Below are positions 56,620 through 64,000 of a stretch of 64,000 bases of DNA, piece by piece. The notes beneath the pieces were generated by a model. It was not told where the DNA came from. It saw only the letters and a list, made by a program, of their open reading frames with translations, and did no database searches. Source of the DNA: Fibrobacteria bacterium (GTDB lineage: Bacteria; Fibrobacterota; Chitinivibrionia; Chitinivibrionales; FEN-1185). Location: positions 128,001 through 192,000 of the forward strand of contig JBBIGR010000003.1 in the NCBI GenBank assembly GCA_037447435.1. Direction: 5' to 3'. Made by a program: the position numbers and the translations under genes. Every line of letters starts with the position of its first letter. The first letter of the stretch is position 1.

Positions 56620-58914
56620 ATGATAAAGCTGAAACAAATCGTCGGTTTTGCGGTTTTTATCATCCTCGCAACAGGGGAACTATCGCCTGTTCGCGCCGAC
56701 GGGTTGCAGGGTGAATTTTTAAGCACCCAATACTGGCGAGACCTTTTGTCTCGCTATTCGCCGCTCACCAACCCGGCATTTTTGACAGAAGAAAACTACG
56801 TTACCATACGAGGCGCCGAAGCGTTGGTTATGCAAACCTTTAATCTGACCGAAGTCGGGGTTACGGTGCCGGTGGGTTTATATGAATCCTGGGGATTATC
56901 GTATTTCGGCCAGGGTGTGGGGCAAATCCAATCCGCGATTAACGACGTTGCCGGCGACAGCATAAAAGAACTCGGCCAAACGCTTTCCGATGCAAAGCAT
57001 TATTTCATGCTCTCATATGCCAATAACCTTTGGGGAGGTCTTAGCTTGGGAGCAAATGCGACATTTTCGTATGAAACTAATTTTTCGGATCCGGTCATGA
57101 GCTCGGCAATTGATATCGGTCTTTCATACCGTTTGGTAAGGGACCCGGTATTCGGCGAGCATTTGCTCGGTCTTTCGATGCAAAACATCCTTTCCCCGTT
57201 TGATTTCGGCAAACTCAGCTATTCCAATAATGTAAAGCTTGCGTGGCTCGGGTATTATTTCGACAGACAACTCGAAAGCGGATTCGAAATCGATTCAAAG
57301 AATATTTACAACTCCCTATTCAGGGACAAAGACCCGACGCATATGGAATTCACCTATGCCGCTCGTCTTGGCGCCTGGGTTTTGCGGTTTCTGAATATTT
57401 ATGCGCAAATCGGCTCAAATTATTTCGGCTTTGCCGGTGGCGTCAATGTTCCGCAGTTCAATGATGGAAGAGACATGTCGTTTTTGTATCAATACATCAA
57501 TAGGACCGATGCGACCGCCGACGCGATTCATTCAGTGTATATGCGCATACAATTCGGCCCGCATAGGGAAGAGGTGTATGCGAAGCAAATGGCCCATTTT
57601 GTCGATGTCGGGCCGAATGATCTTTACATCAAAGCATGCAAGCTGTACTATGCGGGAAACTTTTGGGATGCGTTTTTTACGTTCGGCCAAATCGCGGTTC
57701 AATACCCGAGCTTTTTTAAAAACGATCAGGTCGCCTATTATAAAGCATCGTGTTTGGAAAATCTTGATATGCGAAATGAAGCCGAACTAAGTTACAAGAA
57801 AACGGAACAGGATTTCCCCAAAAGCATTGTTGTGCCGCATGTGGATTTGGGCCTCATGCGCATTGCGTACCGTAACGACGACTATCAGTCGGTGTATGAT
57901 AAATTCCAGTCTCTGAACAGTTCGGAAATTCCCGATTCGCTTAAGTATCACGCTTATTATTTGATGGGCGAATCATATTTCAAAAAAAAGAATTACACGC
58001 AGGCCAGCAAGCTTTTATCTCTCATACCGGAAACGCATGAGCAATACGTTTTTGCGCAACATTCCAAAGCAATTATCCATATCCTATCGTCGGAAACCGA
58101 CAGCGCTATTGCGACTCTGGGCAATTGCGTCCAGGCAATTGCGTTGACAGATGCTCAAAAGGAAATCGTCAACAGGTCCTACGTAATATTAGGGTATCTT
58201 TTTTACGGACAGAACGAAATGTCGAAGGCGGTGTCCTCGTTACGCGCCGTGCAAAAAAACAGCTATTATTATGAAGACGCTTTATTGGGCCTTTGCTGGT
58301 CGGCCTTGCGCGCCCGTCAATGGAACGACTGTATAACAAACGGGCAGGAACTTCAAAAGATCAGCAACAAGCTTCCCGTAAAATGCGATGCCTCACTTAT
58401 TGAGGGATACGGTAATCTAATGCTTAAAAATTATAAACAGGCAACGAGCATATTGTCGGCAGCTTCGGAAAAAGCCAAGGCATTAAAATCGCCGCCGGCC
58501 GATTCCATGGATGCGAAGCGCAAAGCATACAAGAATAATCGAAACGATTACAACGGATTGGCAATTTCGGTGGAAAAAATCGCCCAGGAATTGCAATCGT
58601 TATCCGTCATTAAACGAATCGATAGTTTGCATGCGCAGCAGGAATCGAAGAAAAAGTCCATAGACGGTTTCCTTTCATTTCAAAATGAATTCGGCCGCCA
58701 GGCTTTCTTTGCCAGAAACAGCGATGTTATTAAAAACGACATCGATTACACGCTTGCCATTTCGCAAAAAACATCCAGGGAATCTCCGAGTGCCGAAGTG
58801 CAGAAACAGGCTGAAAGCAAGCAAAAGGAAATCGATGAAAAAATTAACAAATTAAAAAAGGATTTGGGAAAGCTGAATAACGCACCGGACTCAAACACTG
58901 TTGCGCCAAAATGA
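56620..58914 (+). CDS. Outer-membrane beta-barrel (PorV/PorP-SprF-like) fused to TPR repeats and a coiled coil
   Basis: Signal peptide; TNPAFL; SYA.....LSLGAN..F...D.GL.Y barrel strands; TPR-like AYYL.GE.YF...Y..A, Y..LGY.FY, DALLGL.W. Confidence 0.6.
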   Translation: MIKLKQIVGFAVFIILATGELSPVRADGLQGEFLSTQYWRDLLSRYSPLTNPAFLTEENYVTIRGAEALVMQTFNLTEVGVTVPVGLYESWGLSYFGQGVGQIQSAINDVAGDSIKELGQTLSDAKHYFMLSYANNLWGGLSLGANATFSYETNFSDPVMSSAIDIGLSYRLVRDPVFGEHLLGLSMQNILSPFDFGKLSYSNNVKLAWLGYYFDRQLESGFEIDSKNIYNSLFRDKDPTHMEFTYAARLGAWVLRFLNIYAQIGSNYFGFAGGVNVPQFNDGRDMSFLYQYINRTDATADAIHSVYMRIQFGPHREEVYAKQMAHFVDVGPNDLYIKACKLYYAGNFWDAFFTFGQIAVQYPSFFKNDQVAYYKASCLENLDMRNEAELSYKKTEQDFPKSIVVPHVDLGLMRIAYRNDDYQSVYDKFQSLNSSEIPDSLKYHAYYLMGESYFKKKNYTQASKLLSLIPETHEQYVFAQHSKAIIHILSSETDSAIATLGNCVQAIALTDAQKEIVNRSYVILGYLFYGQNEMSKAVSSLRAVQKNSYYYEDALLGLCWSALRARQWNDCITNGQELQKISNKLPVKCDASLIEGYGNLMLKNYKQATSILSAASEKAKALKSPPADSMDAKRKAYKNNRNDYNGLAISVEKIAQELQSLSVIKRIDSLHAQQESKKKSIDGFLSFQNEFGRQAFFARNSDVIKNDIDYTLAISQKTSRESPSAEVQKQAESKQKEIDEKINKLKKDLGKLNNAPDSNTVAPK

Positions 58915-59009
58915 AATTAATGTAATGACCTAACCGTAATAACGACGGTATAAAGAAATAGTTACAGTTCCGAAATAATGGTATAATTCTACTATAAGAA
59001 GTAAATTTT

Positions 59010-60296
59010 ATGAAGGTGGTCCCTATGAAAAAGAGTGTGTTTTTTGTCAATTTAATCGCTTTAATTGTTGCTTTTGTTCAACCGTGTAATGCAATTACTC
59101 CCTGGCTCCATGTGGAAGGCAATCAATTGAAAGATTCAGCAGGAAATCAGGTTGTTCTTCACGGTGTTTCGTTTAGGGAAATTTCCTGGGGTGGCCTCAA
59201 TGTAAATTCGCTATTGGATAAGATCACCAATGCAAATGATAAAGCCTCCCATTCGCCCGGTTGGTATACGCGATTGGTGCGAATGCCGATTGACCCTGGG
59301 ACGAGCGATTGGAACCAATACAATCAGAATGTAATAAAACCTGCAGTCGATTATGCAACGCAAAAAGGCCTGTATGTGATTCTTGATCTTCATTATGTCG
59401 ATGAAACGACCAATAACGTAAACAATACCAATAACTGCTGGCGCACGCTCGCCCCATTTTATAAAAATTATCCCAATGTCATATTTGAGCCGTATAACGA
59501 ACCGATAAATTTACATGGAGATCAATCTTGGACACTTTTCAAACCCATCATGCAGGCGTGGGTAGACACTATCCGTAGATATGCGCCCAGGAATATTATT
59601 TTTGCCGGTAGTCCGCAATGGGATCAAATTATGGGTGATGCGGACACCGATTCCCTTACAGGCGGGAATATCGTTTACGTGATCCATATGTATGCAAGAC
59701 AGTGGGCTGTTCAGTCGATTCGCGATCAAGTTTTGAAATGTGTGGCCGCCCATCCTATGGTCTGTACGGAATGGGGGTATCAAACAGGTTGGGATGCTGC
59801 CAATGAACCGAATGAATCCACGTCCGGATATGGAAGGCCGCTTTTAACGTGGTTTGATTCGCTTAAGATAAGCTGGACCGCTTGGTGTGCCGACAATACA
59901 TGGTATCCGATAATGTTCGACGGCGGTTGGAACTTGCTTGTTGATGATAATACTCAAATGGGCGGATTTGTCAAGGATTGGTTATATACCTATCGGGATA
60001 GTCTGCAACCGTCGAATACACCGCCACCGGTCAATGTTGTTTCCGGGATTAAACAGGAGCATTCAAGTGCGGTTATGGTCCTTAATGAACATGAGGGGGT
60101 TCTCAACATTATTATGCCAACGGGCAATCGTTACCGTGCCCGAATCATCGGATTAAACGGCAAAATAGTTGCGCAGCGCATTTCCGAGGGCGGCACCGTG
60201 ACGATAAATACGGCTAAATTGCTCAGTGGCTGCTACGTTGTTTCTGTAAAATCAAATGATTTATCGGAAGAGGAACACCGTATCTGGATAAAGTAG
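59010..60296 (+). CDS. Secreted GH5 glycoside hydrolase with C-terminal sorting-type domain
   Basis: WLHVEGN.L.D..G..V.L.GV, VRMP, ILDLH, FEPYNEP, H.Y, VCTEWG, SWTAW. Start 59010 or 59025. Confidence 0.92.
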   Translation: MKVVPMKKSVFFVNLIALIVAFVQPCNAITPWLHVEGNQLKDSAGNQVVLHGVSFREISWGGLNVNSLLDKITNANDKASHSPGWYTRLVRMPIDPGTSDWNQYNQNVIKPAVDYATQKGLYVILDLHYVDETTNNVNNTNNCWRTLAPFYKNYPNVIFEPYNEPINLHGDQSWTLFKPIMQAWVDTIRRYAPRNIIFAGSPQWDQIMGDADTDSLTGGNIVYVIHMYARQWAVQSIRDQVLKCVAAHPMVCTEWGYQTGWDAANEPNESTSGYGRPLLTWFDSLKISWTAWCADNTWYPIMFDGGWNLLVDDNTQMGGFVKDWLYTYRDSLQPSNTPPPVNVVSGIKQEHSSAVMVLNEHEGVLNIIMPTGNRYRARIIGLNGKIVAQRISEGGTVTINTAKLLSGCYVVSVKSNDLSEEEHRIWIK

Positions 60297-60389
60297 AGAA
60301 GACCTGCTGCGAAAAAAAGTTGGCATATCATAACATTTCGATACGATGATTTGCCTCTGATAATACAGAGGCAAATCATAAAAACATAT

Positions 60390-60986
60390 TTATTTTTTAC
60401 GCTCTGCCCAGGCTTCGATGGTCGCGCGTGCCAATGTATGCGTAAACAGGTTAAACCCAAGAATTGCCGGTGTGGCATTTTTTGCAAGAGCCAGCGTCGC
60501 AACATCGACGGCATGTACGGTAATAAAATAATGATGTTTGCCATGTCCGATCGGGGGAGCTGCTCCGGCGAATTGGGCCAATCCCGCATCATTGGGCAAT
60601 TGAATGGCGTCTTTGGGGAGTAGCGCGGAATTTGCCACGCCTGCTCCTGAAGGTATACTTGTTACTGTTGCCGGAATATCAAGAACCGCCCAATGCCAGA
60701 ATCCGCTCATTGTGGGTGCATCGGGATCGTAAACCGTGATTGCAAAACTTTTCGTTTCTTTGGGAAATCCGCTCCAGGACAATTGCGGTGAAACATCTTG
60801 TCCGCCTGCACCAAAAATTCCGCTCATTTGCGCAATGGAAAAAGGCTGACCCTCTTTTACGTCGGTACTTGTAACGGTGAAAGACTTCGCCTTTGGTAAA
60901 TGATCGAAAGGGGTCGCCTCCTTTGGTGCCGAAATGGCAAGGTGAGCCAAGAATCCGATGGTCATGAAGCTTGTACAAACCTTCAT
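60390..60986 (-). CDS. YbhB/YbcL (PEBP/Raf-kinase-inhibitor-like) protein
   Basis: SPQLSW...P..TKSFA.TVYDPDAP..SGFWHW, GAAPP.G.G.H.Y. Confidence 0.92.
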   Translation of the reverse strand: MKVCTSFMTIGFLAHLAISAPKEATPFDHLPKAKSFTVTSTDVKEGQPFSIAQMSGIFGAGGQDVSPQLSWSGFPKETKSFAITVYDPDAPTMSGFWHWAVLDIPATVTSIPSGAGVANSALLPKDAIQLPNDAGLAQFAGAAPPIGHGKHHYFITVHAVDVATLALAKNATPAILGFNLFTHTLARATIEAWAERKK

Positions 60987-61105
60987 CCTCAGTCTCCTTT
61001 GTTAAATTTAATGAAAAAAGGTGCGCTTCCTAAAAAGAAAACGCGCCTTTTATATTTAAAAACTATCGTGAACGTTTTATGTTATGCAAACGGCTTTGCC
61101 ATACG

Positions 61106-62269
61106 TTACTTTGCTATCAGTTCTTTACCCGACGAAACCAAACTCGCTGAGTTTCTTGAAACGAGAATGCCGAATGATTGGCGGCCGGCCGATTTTGCGA
61201 TTGCCCCATTGATTCTGTAGAACTTTGTCGCGCCATCGCTCGTTTTATCGGATTGCAAACGAGTAGCCGATGTCGGTTCATTTGAAAATTTAACTGAAGT
61301 TGCGGCTTGCCGGGAATAGATATTTGCCACTGAGAATGCTCCGCCTGAACCGTATGCAGCCGAATTTAGGTCTTTTTTACCGATTTCTCCGGCAAGGTAT
61401 CCGCCGACAAAAGGCGTTGTCGCCCCAAGCATAGTTATAAAAGCGCTCATTTCACCCGTAAGTCCGCTTAACTTTTCATAACGTCCTTCACAGTCGAAGA
61501 TCAGCGACAGTGTCGGTTTTTTTGAATTATCGTTTGCATTGTTCAAGGCGTTTTGCGCGGCAACCGGTAGGTCGGTCCAAGTACCGTCGAATCCGAACCT
61601 GCAGTCGAATGCACCGTATAAAAGAATTCCTAAAACAGAAGTATTGTTATTCAAAGTATTATTGGAAAACGACGCTCCCGTGCTGCCGCCGACTACCCAT
61701 GCATTGCTTCCCATTACGGAGAGAACACCATTGGTAAGGCCGGTGTCTTTAGGATTGTCGCAACGGCCCGCTAATATGATCAATTTACTGTCATTGGTAT
61801 TGGTCGAAACTGCCGATAAATCATTTGCAATTTGTGCACCAATCGGCCGATAACTCAATGCATCGTCGGGATTGCTCAGCGTTTTTACGGAATGTGCCGC
61901 ATTAATTTGTCCTCCAAAAGCAATTACCACGGCTTCCTTATCTCTGCCGTAGGTGTTGAAAACATGGTTCATCGGAAATCCGTAAATTTTAGCAGAGGAA
62001 AATTTAGCCGTAAGCTCCGAGAACGCGGACTCGTCACCGCTCTTTACCCATGCAAGAATTACTTTCACGGATGTTGTCCCGATGGTCTTTTGGGCCGAAT
62101 CTGCAGCCTCGCGCATGGCCGCAGCTTTATCGGCGTTGAGCGATTGCCCCATGCCCACGATCACCGCATCAGCCGCATCTGCATTCTGCGTCAATGCGCA
62201 GAGTGCCGAAAATACGAGCAACGCCGTGCACCCGATTGTTAAAAATGTTTTTCTGGTTTTTCGTTTCAT
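61106..62269 (-). CDS. Signal-peptide-bearing FIST (FIST_N + FIST_C)-like protein
   Basis: GGAGGA RBS, signal peptide MKRKTRK...ADA; G.G....D..A.A.EAA..A; VVGGS; LIFDC.GR; GGY.AGEIG. Confidence 0.65.
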   Translation of the reverse strand: MKRKTRKTFLTIGCTALLVFSALCALTQNADAADAVIVGMGQSLNADKAAAMREAADSAQKTIGTTSVKVILAWVKSGDESAFSELTAKFSSAKIYGFPMNHVFNTYGRDKEAVVIAFGGQINAAHSVKTLSNPDDALSYRPIGAQIANDLSAVSTNTNDSKLIILAGRCDNPKDTGLTNGVLSVMGSNAWVVGGSTGASFSNNTLNNNTSVLGILLYGAFDCRFGFDGTWTDLPVAAQNALNNANDNSKKPTLSLIFDCEGRYEKLSGLTGEMSAFITMLGATTPFVGGYLAGEIGKKDLNSAAYGSGGAFSVANIYSRQAATSVKFSNEPTSATRLQSDKTSDGATKFYRINGAIAKSAGRQSFGILVSRNSASLVSSGKELIAK

Positions 62270-62322
62270 TATTCCTCCCAATTTGAAAAAATGCCATTTT
62301 ATAATTGTCATTATTGTCAATA

Positions 62323-63738
62323 TCATTGTTGTACTATATATACTCCGAGTAAAACGTTCTTTGGCGTCGATGATTGAACGCTGTTTTTTCGAAGACTTCG
62401 ACCGCGGATGTCATACAGCCCGGTTGCTTTCTCGATTTGCGCATTATGATCCGTCGATAAGATAATCCTGTTTTTGACAGAGCCCGTCGACTGCCGTATT
62501 TGCGAAAGAGCATTGGGCTGTAGGGTTTTTGTCGGCGGCGGGGCGATCCAGCCGTTCTGGCTACCCAATAACCAGTTTCGGCAGAAAAGCATGCATTTTG
62601 TCGCATGATACGTGGCACACCATTCAAACCCTTTCAAATCACCTGCAGCATCGGGATTATCATACCATCCGCCGTTTTGCGGATCAAAATAATGTGCCTT
62701 GATAAAATCCCAATGTTTCTTACAGTCTTGCAGGTACGAATCTCCTGCATTAAAAAGAGTGCCCATACAACAGTAGGAGGCAAGCAATTCCGCATCCCAC
62801 CACCATTGGATACCAAAATGCTGTCCCGGTGTGCTCTGTGTACGGGCATAAGCGTGTACTTTTTTCAAATTGTCAATTACCGACTGCGGCGGTGTGACTC
62901 CGATGGCTTGATAGTAGAAATAAATCAAATAAACATCTTCGGCGCAAAGTCCGGAGGTGCATCCGCTGCCGTTTGTCATTTCCCGGTTATTGCTCAGACA
63001 GATTGAGCCGTCGTTTCGTATCCATTTGGAACTCACGAACAGGTCCGACATGTCTTGGATACGTTTTTTAAGAAGAGATTTTTGTGCAGAATCCGCGGGA
63101 TTGTCGGGCCACGCGATATAAAGCCAGGCCATTCCTTCGAGCCAATGATGGCCTATGTCCTGGTTTTTGTCGCCCGCTCCGGAACCAAAATACCAGCCGT
63201 ACTGGCCGTCGTAGTTGCGATTGTCAATGAATTTGAAGGTTGTTTTGGCAATATACAGGGCCATGGTGTCTTTTGTGGCCATATAATAAGCCGATAAACC
63301 CGAAAGTGCAAAACCATTGGAATAAACGGCTTTGTCGCCGTTTTCAAAGGCGCCGCCGTTACCGGTTGCAATACCGCTGCCGCCGTTCGATTTGTCCCAC
63401 ATCTTATCTCTGATGTAAATATATGCGGCATCGGCCGACTGTTTGAATCCTGCATATTCCGGATGCAGAATCATTGCCATTGAGGTAGACCATAAATGGC
63501 GGGATTGCATATCAAGGTTATAGCTGTCTCCGCCGGCCTGATTAAATTGTCGGTCATAGAATATGCGTATACCGCCGTTAGGGTCAATGACCTTTGGATA
63601 AATGCATTTGAGATAATGATTGAACATCATTGTGTCGATATCCGTGGCTAACGCAATCCTGTCGAAGGATTGGCTGAATGTCGAACTGTGAAAGATGATG
63701 AAAGATGCCACAAGGAGCTTGCTTACACGCTTAACCAT
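62323..63738 (-). CDS. Secreted AGE-family (cellobiose 2-epimerase-like) (alpha/alpha)6 protein
   Basis: Signal peptide; QSRHLW, A..AY..I...MWD...GG, K.VY.N.FAL..LS.YY, D..Y.WY, H.LE, WW..AE, WDFIK.H..D...GGW, K..EW...YH; tail YDIRGR...GVYIV. Confidence 0.75.
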   Translation of the reverse strand: MVKRVSKLLVASFIIFHSSTFSQSFDRIALATDIDTMMFNHYLKCIYPKVIDPNGGIRIFYDRQFNQAGGDSYNLDMQSRHLWSTSMAMILHPEYAGFKQSADAAYIYIRDKMWDKSNGGSGIATGNGGAFENGDKAVYSNGFALSGLSAYYMATKDTMALYIAKTTFKFIDNRNYDGQYGWYFGSGAGDKNQDIGHHWLEGMAWLYIAWPDNPADSAQKSLLKKRIQDMSDLFVSSKWIRNDGSICLSNNREMTNGSGCTSGLCAEDVYLIYFYYQAIGVTPPQSVIDNLKKVHAYARTQSTPGQHFGIQWWWDAELLASYCCMGTLFNAGDSYLQDCKKHWDFIKAHYFDPQNGGWYDNPDAAGDLKGFEWCATYHATKCMLFCRNWLLGSQNGWIAPPPTKTLQPNALSQIRQSTGSVKNRIILSTDHNAQIEKATGLYDIRGRSLRKNSVQSSTPKNVLLGVYIVQQ

Positions 63739-63905
63739 TTGTATTCTCCGAATTGAAAATGCGACTAATAGTGTTTGGTGGCGCTCACTATTTTGTCAAG
63801 GTGAATTGAAAATTTTTTTTTTTAAAACCGAATCTTGTTTATCTCTCTGAAAACATAAACAAAAGAATTTGTTTTCGCCGACTATTCAACGTTTTATTCG
63901 AAAAA

Positions 63906-63928
63906 TACGTATTCTTATGGAATACGTA
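63906..63928. promoter_or_regulatory. Palindromic operator-like motif, copy 3 (perfect)
   Basis: TACGTATTC-TTATG-GAATACGTA upstream of the AGE/FIST genes. Confidence 0.55.
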
Positions 63929-64000
63929 AAAACCAATGAATAATCTTAAAAACGCAATAAACAAACAAGTTTTGTTATATTACAATATTATAAAAATTCG

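Noticed and set aside
1..64000. tRNA, rRNA, CRISPR array, prophage, transposase or defence genes
   Set aside because: No such signatures recognised by eye; a tRNA and Rfam covariance scan would be needed to exclude small RNAs.

Overview
Bacterial chromosomal segment, most likely Fibrobacterota (Chitinivibrionia-like). This is inferred from a TIGR02147-type protein, a TIGR02171-like lipoprotein and many secreted proteins with short C-terminal sorting-type tails. All family calls come from motif recognition by eye; no database search was run. Housekeeping genes (polA, aspartate kinase, ampG-like, pdxJ, miaA, ilvD, gmhA) are interleaved with cell-surface and carbohydrate-active genes. No rRNA, tRNA, CRISPR array, integrase or transposase was seen. 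The main result is an 11-gene co-directional minus-strand run (33723->20844). It couples a plant-type UDP-apiose/UDP-xylose synthase (both diagnostic cysteines present) to a DPM1/ArnC-like GT2 with a probable non-AUG start, an SDR, an AlgI/AlgJ/AlgX-like O-acetylation module and outer-membrane/lipoprotein genes. It is a candidate undescribed pathway for an apiosylated and O-acetylated surface glycan. The right end (45.3-64 kb) is a secreted-CAZyme island: GH3, two GH5, CBM11-like proteins, a large adhesin with a barrel-TPR partner, a secreted FIST-domain protein and a secreted cellobiose-2-epimerase homologue lacking one catalytic His. A palindromic GTATTC-N5-GAATAC motif lies upstream of three of its transcription units. 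Other oddities are a 1-nt frameshift splitting a ~1530-aa GH20 lipoprotein whose catalytic DE pair reads SE, a small REP-like family, a second probable non-AUG start, and a 56-aa gene behind a sigma28-like promoter that the ORF track missed.
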